Below, piece by piece: positions 25,002 to 37,403 of a DNA stretch of 64,000 nucleotides. The DNA comes from Azolla caroliniana (Eukaryota; Plantae; Polypodiophyta). The notes below the pieces were generated by a model. It saw only the letters and a list, made by a program, of their open reading frames with translations. It was not told the DNA's origin and searched no databases. Where the stretch lies: NCBI GenBank assembly GCA_043228905.1, contig JBHGNT010000010.1:9300001-9364000 (forward strand). The letters are read 5' to 3'. Position numbers and translations under genes: made by a program. How positions within the stretch are numbered: position 1 is the stretch's first letter; each line of letters begins with the position of its first letter.

Positions 25002-28000
25002 CTGCTCTCACTTCGCATAAAAATGAGCAACAACAAAAAACTGTTAGCCCTAAGTCATATTTATACACATATGACTTTCGGGCTATTTACAAATATAGCC
25101 TCAAGGGCCCTTGGCAAACATATTTACAGATATGTCCCCGCATCCGGATCTCTCTCCGGGTACATACGGCATCCGGCTCCGTAACCGGGGTCTTCAGCAT
25201 CCGGCTCCGTAACCGGGTACTCTTCATCCGGCTTCATGCCGGGTACTCTTCATCCTACGGTTCCGTAACAGCCTCCGGGCTTGCCGTCATTCATCTCCGG
25301 ACATCCCATCCGGAGGGACCGAAATCCCAACAAACTCCCCCTTCACTTCGGCATGGGATGTCTCTCCAACCCGATCCTCTTCCGGCATGCTTCCAGCTTG
25401 TCGGGTGTGAGCACCTTGGTCAGCATATCCGACCCGTTCTCGTCCGTGTGGATCTTCGTCAGCACGAACTCCTTGTCTTCTATCCTTTCCCGGATCCAGT
25501 GGTATCTACGCTGGATGTGTTTCGTCCGGGAATGGTAGGCCGCGTTCTTCGCAAGGTGGATGGCACTCAGACTATCGCAGTAGAGTCGGTACTCCTCCTG
25601 CCGGATACCGAGCTCTCTAATGAAGTCCTTCATCCATATTATTTCCTTGCCGGCTTCAACAGCCGCCATGTACTCCGCCTCCGTGGTTGACAGCGCAACC
25701 GTCTTCTGCAGCCTCGACTGCCACGAAACAGCTCCACCTGCATACGTCATCACATACCCTGATGTGGACCGGCTGGTATCTGCATCAGCCGACATGTCCG
25801 AATCGGTAAAGCCGTCGAATTCGGGCTTACCGGAGCCGAATCGGAGGCACACGTTTGCCGTGCCTTTCAGGTATCGGAGTATCCACTTGACCGCGTTCCA
25901 GTGCTCTTTGCCGGGATTGCTCATGTACCGGCTCACCACTCCAACTGCATATCCTATGTCCGGTCTTGTACACACCATTGCGTACATCAAGCTTCCGACG
26001 GCAGAGGCATATGGTACTTTCATCATGTCCTCCTTCTCAGCCTTTGTCTTGGGGCTTTGCTTGCTGGACAACTTGCAGTTTGCCGGGAGGGTTGACCCGA
26101 CCGGTCTTGCTTCCGACATGTTGAACCGGTGAAGCACCTTTGTCACGTACTTCTCCTGTGACAGCCACAACTGCTTCTTCTTCCGGTCCCGCATGATGTG
26201 CATCCCTAGTATTTGCCTCGCCGGACCCAGGTCCTTCATTGAGAAGGTTCGGTGAAGCGCTTTCTTCAGCGTCCGTATCTTGACCTGGTCCCGTCCGATG
26301 ATCAACATGTCGTCCACGTACAGGAGGAGTATTAGAGAGTCTCCTCCTTCGAACTTCTTCACAAACACGCAGTGATTAGACTGCGTTTTGTGGTACCCTT
26401 CGTCGGTCATGAAGGAGTCGAACTTCCGGTACCATTGCCGGGGAGCTTGCTTTAGTCCGTAAAGGCTCTTCTTCAACCGGCATACCAGGTGCTCCTTCCC
26501 TTTCTTCTCGAATCCTTCCGGTTGCTGCATGTAGATCTCTTCTTCGAGGTCGCCGTGAAGGAATGCCGTCTTCACGTCCATCTGTTCTACCTCGAGGTCC
26601 ATACTTGCCGCTATGCTCAGCACCGTCCGGATGGAGGTCATCTTCACTACCGGGGAAAATATCTCGTCGAAGTCGACGCCCTTCTTCTGCTGAAACCCCT
26701 TCACCACGATCCTGGCTTTGTATCTCGGGGGGTTCCCGGCATCTCCCGGTTTCAGCTTGAACACCCACTTGTTTCGAAGTGCCCGCTTTCCTTTCGGCAA
26801 CTCCACAAGTTCATATGTGTGGTTCTCATGCAGGGAATCCATCTCTTCCTGCATGGCACTCAACCACCTGCGGCTCTGGGTGTCATGCTTTGCTTCTTCA
26901 AAGCACGTGCTCTGGTTCCGGAAATCTCCGGGGGGCCCTTCTCTCTCTTAGAGGATATCTCCGTTCCGGAGCTTCGGTAACTGGTTCTTCCGATTCTTCT
27001 TCATCCGAATCCATTTCGGGATCGGGGCCGGTTCCGGTATCATTTTCATCTTCTTCGGCCGGTTCTGTTTCTTCACCGTCTTCGGCCGGATCCTCGAGTG
27101 CTAACCGGTCCCTTGCCGGTCGGGACTGCTCCTCGTAGAGTTGATCCTCACCGGTCGACTTGGAGCTCTTCATCTTCTTCTCCGACTCCCAGTCGGCGAG
27201 TGTCTTGTCCTCCATGAAGATGATGTCTCGACTCCTGAATATCTTCTTGTCGACCGGGTCCCATACTCGGTAGCCAAACTCGTCGTCGCCGTAACCGAGG
27301 AATATGCATGGCCGGGTCTTTGGATCTAGCTTTCCTCTCCGGTCCTTTGCCACATGCACGTATGCGAGACACCCGAACACCTTCAGATGCCGGTAGGATA
27401 CTTCCCTACCGGTCCACACTCTCTGCGGCGTGTCTCCGTCCAAAGGTACTGAGGGTGATCTGTTTATCACGTATGTCGCCGTCGACATTGCCTCAGCCCA
27501 AAACCCCTTGGGTAATTCCGCATGCGCCAGCATACTCCGGACCCTCTCCATTATGGTCCGGTTCATCCTCTCGGCCAGCCCGTTCAGTTCCGGCGTCTTC
27601 GGCACAGTAAACTCGAGCCGGATTCCCTTCGAGCGACAGTACTCCTGGAACTGCCCCCGGTATTCCCCTCCGTTATCCGCTCGTATCGCTTTCAGCTTCT
27701 TGCCGGATTCCCTTTCCACTCTCGCGTGGAGTTCTTTGAAGACGCACAACACTTGGTCCTTTGTCTTCAACGGTGCCGTCCACAGCTTCCGGCTATGGTC
27801 ATCAATGAATGTCACGAAGTACTGGGCTCCGCCATGTGACTTCGTTTCTACTTGACACACATCAGTGTGCACCAACTCCAATGGTGCGCTACGTCTCGTC
27901 GGTGGCCTTGAGTGGAAGGAGGCTCGGTTCTGCTTACCGGCCAGGCAATCGGTGCACTTCTCCAGATGCACATGCTTCACTGGAATGAGGTTGTCTTCTG

Positions 28001-29684
28001 CAAGCCTCTTCATCCCCTTCTCGCTCATGTGGCACAGTCTCTTGTGCCACAGCTCACCGGCAGTGTCAGCTGCCACGTTCAGCTCCTCCGGACACAGCCG
28101 GGAATTCATCAGGTACAGTGTGTTGACCTTCCGGGCCCGAGCCACTATCAGGCTCCCTTTGCTGAACTTCATGACACTGTTCCGGATGCTGCCCGTGTAG
28201 CCTTCATCGTCTAGCCTCCCGGCCGAAATCAGGTTCAATCGAACCTCCGGAACGTGTCGTACATCCTTCAGCAGCATCTTGCATCCGGTTGATGTCTTCA
28301 GCCACACGTCTCCTATGCCGGCAATCCGGCATGTACCTTCATTTCCCATCCGGACACAGCCGTGCTCACCGGCTGTGTAGGATGAGAAGTATTTCCTCTC
28401 CGGGGTCAGGTGGAACGACGCTCCGGAATCGACCACCCAGGTCATCTCTTCACCGGCAAGGTTCAGCTCCCTCTCTTCGGTAATGAGCATGATTTCTTCC
28501 TCACTTGCCGCGAGTGCCGTCGTTCCTTTCCGGTCCTGCCCTCGCCGATCCGGACCTCTCCGGTCCGTGGCTCCCCGGTATGCACCGTTTCTCTCCGGTG
28601 ACTTCTTCGAATCGGTGTCGTCGGATCCGTTGTCTTTTCGGTAATGCCGACAATTCTTCCGGAAGTGCCCCGGCTTCCCACAGTGGAAGCATGTGGGTCT
28701 TCCTCTTGACTGCGACCGGGTCCCCGACTTCTCCCGTCTTTGCGGACTCCAGTTCCATTGTCTTCCCCGTTCCGATTCGGTAAGCAGCATCTTCGGATCG
28801 GAAACCGGTTCTTTATCTCTCCGAGGCGCTTCTTCGTTCAAAATGCTTGTCTTTACCGTTTGTAGAGATAAGTTATCTTCGGTCCAGGAGGTGCTGAGAG
28901 TCACCACCAAGTTCTCCCAGCTTTCCGGCAATGTACACATCAGAATGATGGCTTGCATTGCATCCTCCAACGGGAACTTGATCGCCGCAAGCTGGTTCAC
29001 GAATCCCATGAACGTGCTCACGTGTTCCACCATATTCTCGCCGTCCCGGTACTTGAGGTTCACTATCTTCCTCATTAGGGAGGTCTGGTTCAACGCATTC
29101 TTTCTCTCGTAGAGGCCCGACAGCTTCTTCCACATCTCATATGCGTTGGTGTCATTCGCCACATGTTGTAGAACGCTTACATCGACATATTGCCGGATCG
29201 TCGCTACGGCTTTCCGGTTCAGGAGCTTCCACTCCGACTCTATTACCCCCTTGGGTATCTCGGCATTGTCGATCGGTTCATACAGGTCTCGGACGATGAG
29301 AAGGTCTTCCATCTTTATCTTCCAGTCGGCGTAGTTATGTGAGTTCAACACCATCATGCCCGGAGGCCCACTACCGCCGCCTTCCATTTTCTGTGTTAAC
29401 CGTGCTCTGATACCACTTTGTCGCAATTCCGTGCTCGGCCACAACCGAGGAACAGGATCGATTCACAGTAAACGGGAAATACAACAATGCACGAAAACAA
29501 TAGAGAGAAGGGTACACTGAATGTTTTATGTGGAAAACCCTAAATGGGAAAAAACCACGGGAGTCCTCAAACTCCAACTATCACTATGAACAGGGATGTA
29601 CACTGGTGAAGCTACAAGGCAACAACCTTGAGCTCACTGTCTTCGCCACAGGCGGCGGTAATACACAGAGGCAACGACCTCTTC

Positions 29685-29715
<31 letters not shown>

Positions 29716-30046
29716 CTGCTCTCACTTCGCATAAAAATGAGCAACAACAAAAAACTGTTAGCCCTAAGTCATATTTATACACATATGACTTTCGGGCTAT
29801 TTACAAATATAGCCTCAAGGGCCCTTGGCAAACATATTTACAGATATGTCCCCGCATCCGGATCTCTCTCCGGGTACATACGGCATCCGGCTCCGTAACC
29901 GGGGTCTTCAGCATCCGGCTCCGTAACCGGGTACTCTTCATCCGGCTTCATGCCGGGTACTCTTCATCCTACGGTTCTGTAACAGCCTCCGGGCTTGCCG
30001 TCATTCATCTCCGGACATCCCATCCGGAGGGACCGAAATCCCAACA
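24703..30046 (-). mobile_element. C2b: young copia, C2 family, nested in C4 RT
   Basis: LTRs 24703-25332 and 29419-30046; TSD CGATC; PBS and PPT present. Confidence 0.96.
25343..29387 (-). pseudogene. gag-pol: C2b gag-pol broken by one 29-bp deletion near 26902
   Basis: ORFs 26898-29387 and 25343-26863; versus C2a the LTDEGEPES-coding segment is lost between GCT microhomologies. Confidence 0.93.
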
Positions 30047-31587
30047 CGATCGTCATCTTCGCGACCGGCGCAAACGCCTCATCGTAGTTGATGTCGTGTT
30101 TCTGCGCGTAGCCTTTTGCTACTAACCGGGCCTTATAGCGGTTGACCAAGCCATCAGTGTTGTGCTTGACCTTGTACACCCACCTACATCCGATCGGCTT
30201 CACACCTTTCGATGCGTCAATCAGGTCCTAGGTTTCGTTCTTCGTCAATGCATGCATCTCTTCCTCCATTGCGGCACGCCAATTCGCGTCCTTCGCTGCT
30301 TCTGCGTAGCTCTCCGGCTCACGCACTTCCGCTACACGCGTCATGTATGCATAGTGATGCGCCATGTACTCGTTGTAACCGAACCTCACAACAGGGTTCT
30401 TCTGGCGGGTTGATCGGCATAATTGCTCATTAGTCGATGTTGAGGCTTTCATGGCCGACGTAGACTTCGCTCTCGAAGACCCATCGTCACTTCCATCGGA
30501 GTCAGACTTGCTCCTATCCGTGCCGTAATCCGACACCTTCTTCTTCCCTTTTTCTTTGCGTGTAAGCGATCTCCTCGGCTTCACTACTCACCAACTCTTC
30601 ATCGGACTGGTCGAACCGACTCAGTCGTCCATCTGGTCCGCTTAACCAAAACGAAATCGAACTCTCTTCGCGGGTCCCGATTTCAGGCTCATCCAGAGGC
30701 ATCTCGGCCTCAGTGACCTCATCATCAGAACTCGGATTGGAGGTGAGGTCCGGAGTCGGAGGATAGTACCAGGACGCGGACTCATCCAACACAACGTCAC
30801 AGCTCACGTGCGCTTGTTTGGTGCGAGGGTTATAGCACTTATAACCCTTCTGCTCGTCCGAATAGCCGACCAAGGTACACTTCTCGGCTTTCGCGTCCAA
30901 CTTCCTTCGTTTCTCCTTCGGTACATGCACATACGCAATGCTACCGAAAACTCTGAAGTGTTGTAGATTCGGCTTCCTTTCGAAATCCTGCTCATGCGTC
31001 GACACTTTTTCTCCAATCCGATTCTGAATATACACCACAGTTCGTACCGCCTCGGCCCAATAGAACTTGGGCAAACTCTTTTCCTCCAGCATTGCCCGTG
31101 CCGCTTCTACAATTGACCAGTTCTTCCTCTTGGCCATGTCGTTTTGCTTCGGCGTGTATCTATAATTGAATTCGCGCCGAATTCCTATTTGTTGCAGATA
31201 GTCGTTGAATTGACCGGAAAAGTATTCTTTTCCGCCATCCGACCGCAAGCACTTGATCTTCTATCCTGTTTCCGTTTCCACGAACCCTTTGACGTCCCGG
31301 AAACAGTCGAAGACATCACTCTTCTTCTCGATGAGATAGATCTACGTGTGCCACGTATACTCGTCGATGAAGGAGACGAAATATCGAGTCCCGCCAAGAC
31401 TAACGTTCTGTGCCGGCCCCCATACATCGGAATGTATCAAGTCAAGCTTGTTCCAGCTCCGATTATGTCGTTAGGCAAAGGAAGTCGGTGTTGCTTCCCG
31501 AGTTGGCAGGCTTCACAAATTCGTGCCTTCCAGCCACTAAATTTGGGCAATCCGAACACCACTTGTTTTGATTGCAGGTCCTGAAGT

Positions 31588-32036
31588 TGTTACTCCTTAG
31601 GGCCGGACAATGGCCTAACATAGGGTGTCTCTAGAAGACACCTCACCAAAGGGGTGTTACGGCGAGATAACTTAAGACACAACGATTAATCCGACTTAAT
31701 TGGCTACTTAGCAATAAGGCATTCACTTAATACACGTGTAAGATATAACAATTAACACAGAACGGTAATCAATACGTGAAGATAAAACAAGAAGCTTATA
31801 TTAATTCTCCGTTAAAGCTATACATTGTAACCGAGCCTTTATATAGGTTACCGGTGTTGCATACAAAACGGTGCCAACCGGCACCTATTCGGAACAGGTC
31901 CGGATCCGGATCGGCATACCGATTCTGGTCCGTCCGTTCACTACATAATTATAATCTACTTTACTTAATTAAAATATATTCCGAATAACCATCCCTTTCA
32001 CATTCTGGTCTCTGCTCCTTTGCCGGCCAGGTAACA
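31588..32036. mobile_element. Solo LTR of an unrelated family inside C4
   Basis: TGTTAC...GTAACA termini; TSD GAAGT/GAAGC; C4 pre-integrase frame resumes either side. Confidence 0.85.
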
Positions 32037-33996
32037 GAAGCCGTTGATAGTTGACGTGGCCTATCTGCTTGTGCCATAAGTCAATGTCCGACTCGACTTT
32101 TTGTCCTTTCGCGAACATTGCGGTGCCACCGTCACTAGAGTCGAGGATAAACATCCTCCCGTCTCTGCGCCCTTGCGCAATAACTCGGCCTTCTTCTTCG
32201 ATGAAGCACCCGAGATGCGTGAACCGGACTTGCATCCCCTAGTCAACGATATGCCCGACCGACATCAGATTCTTCGTGATTGTCGGGATGTGTAACACGT
32301 TCATAAGTTTCCCTTTCTACCCGACATGGCTCAGGGGAACCTCACTGACATTCGCGATCGGATGCAGAGTGTCATCTCCGGTTGCGACTACTCCTGGTTG
32401 CATCGGTTTTTCTAGGTACGAGAACCACTCCTTGTGGCACGTCATGTGGTTTGACGTGCCGGGGTCGACGTACCACACCTCGTCAGACTTCGGGGTGATC
32501 TTCTTCATCGAGTTTGCTTCGTGTCTCATCACAAAGACTGACCCTTTTCCGGATCCTTCGGCGTAGTGCGATCGCTGCCGATTTCCTTTGTCGGTCTGTC
32601 CAAAGCTTGATCCGGACCCGGTTCTCTCTAAATCGGCGCACTTTTTCCAGCACTCGCTCTCCCTATGACCTTTCTTGCCACAGTACCAGCATTCTGCGAC
32701 GGATTTCCCATGCCAGTTCTCGTCGCCTCGACTCCCCCTATTTCCAGAGGGTCTGGAATTGTTGTCGGCATCACTTCGGTGCCTTCGTCCTTGATCTCGT
32801 CGGCCGCCTCCATTGCGCACCAACTCGCCTCGTCTGCCACGACCACGGGGCCTATCTCCCTCTGTGTACAACATCTTGTTGTCCCCATGCATGCTCGTCG
32901 ACGCACCCGCTTGGTTTTCCTCTATAAGGAGCATCGACTGTAAGTCAAAAAACGACGACGTATTCTCCCGTGTACACACAGTAGTTTGGAATGCTCCGAA
33001 CTTCGACATCAGTCCCCCGAGACAGATCTGCACCATCTCGGCTTCCTCGACGTTCACATCGATGGAGGCTAAGGAGTCGCATATATCTTTGATCTTCGAG
33101 GTGTAATCAGTCACCGAAAAATCGCGTTGTCGTAAGTTGCTTAGCTCCTGTCGGAGTTGAAGCTTTCTGGCTGTAGTGCTTGCAGCGAAAATCTTCTTCA
33201 GATTTCCCCAAGCATCTCTCGGCGTGTTTGTATCCCGAATGTAGCTTAGGAGTTGTTCGCCCACACAAGACGCGAAGCAGTACAATACTTTGCTCGCCGA
33301 CTGTTCCCACACCGGGAAATCTCTGTGTGTTGATTCGAGTGTTGTGTCATTTGCTCCGTCGACATAGCTCCAGTAACTGTGCCCGAGCATGTACTAGTGC
33401 ATCTTGTAGGACCAAGATGCCTAGTTTTTTCTGTCGAGCTTCTCCGTCGGAAGCAAGCTAGCCATGCCTCTATCCATCGGTTTTACCTGTTCTTCTTGGT
33501 TAGTTTCCCATTCAAGCTATGTCGGCTGCAGAGGTTCTCCACCCTCGCGCTCTGATACCATATAAAGAATAGCGTGCGTAAGCAATAGGAAACTGAACAC
33601 AGAAAATACGCAGATTTAATGGAGAGCTTGTATATGCATAGTACGTGGGAGAGACAGAGAAAGAGAACACACACAAAAAAACTCGATTCAAAATAATACT
33701 CAATCTATACATAAGATGTGCTCAGTGTGCACTTTTATACAAGTTCATACGAACTGACAGAAGTACTGACACGTACTTCAATGCTCATAACTGAGCTCTA
33801 CGCTAACTCCCAAAATATATTCCTACGTGGAATATCTTTCCAACGGCCTCGCGGTTTACGCACCGCTACGGCTTCTCGTTACGCACCGGTTTGCGTAACG
33901 GTTTACGCACCGGCCCGGCCTAACCGATCGGCCCCAACCGATCCGGTTCTCGGCTTGCACAGTCGATCCGGCCAATGTTGAGCTTGTGTCTCAACA

Positions 33997-35160
33997 ACGA
34001 AGATGCGTAGACATCATCCATATGGTTTGTTGGAGCCATTACCGGTCCCAAGAAAACCGTGGCAATCTATTTCTCTAGATTTTATCACAGATATTCCAGA
34101 TTCGAAGGGCTTTAATGCGATCTTAACAGTGGTAGATCAATATATTAAGATGGCCCATTTTGTGCCCTGTACTAAAGAAATCACTAGTGAAGAAACCACA
34201 GGAATTGTTATGTGTGAAGTATTTCAGCATCATGGTCTTCCCAACAGTATCATCGGTGATCGTGGACCTCAATTCGTCTCTAAAATTTGGAAGCATCTCT
34301 TCAAAATGCTCAAGGTCACCTGCAATCTCTCCTCCGAATATCATCCCCAAATAGATGGACAAGCAGAACGCACTAATCAAACGTTGGAACGGTATCTTTG
34401 GTGTTTCCGAAGCTATCAACAAGATGATTGGGTAGATATGCTACACTTTGCCGAATTTTCTTATAATAATTCTGTCCTCTCCTTTACTAGGGCTACACCA
34501 TTCTATGCTTATATAGGCTATCATCCTCGCTAGTGTGTGGTAGAAACTCCTGAGTTACCCACAAATCCTAGTGCAGAGGATCATTTGGAGCGGTTACGAC
34601 AAATTCAAGCAGAACTATCTACCCACCTACATCACGCCCAGCAAATACAGAAGGATTATGCGGATCGTCATCGGCTTCCATCCTATTTTGGTATTGGAGA
34701 TAGAGTATGGCTATTACGACGACACATCAAGACTACTCGACCATGTGACAAACTAGATTGTCGACGGTTAGGCCCTTTCCATATTAACGGAAAAATTAAT
34801 GATGTCACTTTTCGTCTTGATTTACCTCCGCAACTACGAATACATCTGGTACTTCATAGTTCTCTTCTAGAACCCTATCAAGACAACACTATTCCTAATC
34901 GTATTACACCACCTCCACCCCCAATCGAACTTGAAGATGGACCTAAGTACGAGGTTGCTGCCATCCTCGATTCCAAGATTGTTCGCAACAAGCTCTACTA
35001 TTTGGTCGATTGGTTAGGCTATACATAGTCCAAGCGAGCGTACTTGGGAACTAGTAGAGAATGTTACCAATGCTCAAGCTCTTGAAGACTTCCATAGTCA
35101 ATATCCAGACAAACCAGGTCCTCAATCAAAGACGACTCGTAACACTCATCATTTAAAGGG
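33997..35160 (+). pseudogene. G1 integrase plus chromodomain
   Basis: PWQSISLDFITD, DRGPQFVS, YHPQIDGQAERTNQ, LGPF (GPY/F), YEVAAILDSKIVRNKLYYLVDWLGY. Confidence 0.93.
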
Positions 35161-35168
35161 GGGGACAA

Positions 35169-35618
35169 TGTCATGATATAGCATGGTATGGCTCCAAAAA
35201 GATTTGAACCCATGACCTTATGTTACATAGGTTGAACCCTTACCATTAAACTATGCATTGTAATATGAAAGATATTATTTTCATTTATTATTTCAGTACA
35301 GGAAATGCATGTATATTCCAAATTACTCTGAAACATTCTAGAAACTTCAAGAGCTTCTAACAACACTATAAATAGAGGCACAAGGCATTATTCCAAACCA
35401 ATTCAGTTCAATGACAATCTTAAGCCTGCTAGCTATTCTTGTATCTTTCTTTATATAATATACTTCTTGTTGTCATCATTCTCTCTCTCTACTCTCTCTC
35501 CCTCTCTCTCTTCCCCTCTTGTGACTCTCACACACTCTTTCCCTTCTTAGTACTAATCATCATTCTTCCCCTTTATCTTTAGTACTAATTCTCCTTGCAC
35601 CTAGTACTATCCTTGACT
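35169..35618 (+). repeat. G1 3' LTR
   Basis: Homologous to 1149-1602; followed by TSD TAAAG. Confidence 0.92.
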
Positions 35619-35623
35619 TAAAG

Positions 35624-35811
35624 TAATGAATACATATGTCAATTATTGTAGCAGGATCCACTACAAATTCATCCACTTGCTTCACATGTACCACATTAGA
35701 TCGAGTATAAGTAGGATGTAACGCTTGGAAAAACAAATGAGATTGACATTGATTATCTATGAGCCCATCCCTGAGTTGTTGCATCTTAGCATAAGATAAC
35801 TTTGGCATTGC

Positions 35812-35812
<1 letters not shown>
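35624..35812 (-). pseudogene. Upstream continuation of the L1 ORF2 at 1-1148
   Basis: VVDPATIIDICIHYFK joins ELIGPQ once G1 is removed. Confidence 0.8.
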
Positions 35813-35879
<67 letters not shown>

Positions 35880-35883
<4 letters not shown>

Positions 35884-36447
35884 GTTGGATCCATGATGTG
35901 CCATTCCCTTCTGAACTCGGGTTTTTTTACAATGCCAATATATGTTATATAGTAGTTCCTTGGGAAATATATGATGGCTCGATTTTCATATGCTATATTA
36001 CATATGTAGCACCAAACTACAAAATCATCTTCTTCTCTAAATGGGAAAACCATGCTCACGCATACATGCTAGGGCCCAACCATGTATCCACCGTCCACAC
36101 CACTGCTTGCAATATGACTTAGCTCACCTCTAGAGCTATCATGCACATAATAGGAGACTTGCCAACTATGCATATATTGCTAACACAAGTTCATGGGTCG
36201 AGTATAACACTTTCAGACAATGCTCCTCGTTTAACCACTATCAATTTTGTTTTCCACACTTTGTGAGGAGGCCAATATCTACACTTTCACATTTCTCTCA
36301 CAGACACAAAGTGTATTGTCTATTACAACATTCACGTGTACAAGTCTTGAATATCAAAGATGACTTCTCAATCCACACATACAATGTGAAAATGCTTCAC
36401 TTTTGATCCCATAGAACATGAATTACTTTGGAGGATCACAATAAAAC
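35880..36447 (+). mobile_element. Old 5'-truncated RTEX-like LINE 3' fragment
   Basis: YITYVAPNYKIIFF homologous to YTTHVAPNYKTIFF (ORF 50946); flanked by (CT)n(AT)n and CT-rich repeats. Confidence 0.75.
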
Positions 36448-37403
36448 CTCTCTCCCTCTCTCCCTCCCTCCCTCCCTCCCTCTCTCTCTCCAAATACACA
36501 AATGATGTGGTGCTTTAGCAAATACATGAAAAGATGCACAAAAATGTATGTATTTTTCAATAGTGTAAAATAAAAGGTCATGATTGTGAATACTCAAAAT
36601 AAGGATAAATTGTGCATTGTGTAGAATAACTTTGTAAGTTTTCATCAAAATTTGAACTTCAATGCTAATTATCATTTGTAAGTAAAATAGATGAGGGAAT
36701 CACACATAGGTATTTTCTTATTTTCATAGAGGGTAAAATGTAGGAAACACATAGTTTGTTTGATGAATGTGTCAAACATCGAAAACATGTCCACTGGTTG
36801 CATCTAAAATCATGTGAAATACCACGTCTATGTGTGGTAGCATGGTTTGATATTAGTTCCAATAAGTAATGTGATAATATATGCAACAATAAAACATGCT
36901 CTAACTTTCAACACTTTTATTTTAATGAAGATCCTTTCATTAGTGTAAACATTTTACAAGATTTTAAACTCTATGTGATCAACAGAGGAAACAACAATTT
37001 CGGAGGCTGAAAGCACCAATAAGAACTGCTATTCTTGAAGGTCATGAATGGAATAGCTATCCACATTATAAGAAACTCATGATGTTTAGTAGTTTTAGCA
37101 TAGAATCTCCAACTATACCATCCAATTGACCCTTCAAACTATGAACTATGTCCAACAAAATATTTGTAACCAATTCAACTAGTGATGCTTTAACTTGATG
37201 GAAAACAAGCGAACACCAAGCCTTCTAGATGTTATATACAGTCGTACTACTCAGTACCTCCCATTTTGGTTGGATCTCCTTCCTTATTCCTGAAAACTAT
37301 AGTGATTGATAGCAATGGTAATGTACAAACATTTCCAGATTTAGTGTAAAATACATGGTCCATAGATTCAACGTCATAATGGAAAGCATAATGGACAAGT
37401 GAT

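Larger units (their letters stand above)
23774..33996 (-). mobile_element. C4: degenerate copia (C1-related), 3' end deleted
   Basis: 5' LTR 33561-33996; PBS 33549-33560; gag ORF 32317-33390 with CWYCGKKGHRESEC; INT 30514-31427; RT LYVDDL 23901-24536; truncated in RNase H with no 3' LTR. Confidence 0.9.
1149..35618 (+). mobile_element. G1: Ty3/gypsy chromovirus (Tcn1-like), degenerate, host of several nested insertions
   Basis: LTRs 1149-1602 and 35169-35618; TSD TAAAG at 1144-1148 and 35619-35623; PPT AAAGGGGGGGA before 3' LTR; gag, PR, RT (YLDDL), RH, INT, chromodomain order. Confidence 0.93.

Noticed and set aside
36500-37400. Host exons in unassigned AT-rich DNA
   Set aside because: No convincing ORF or motif; left unannotated, needs BLASTX.
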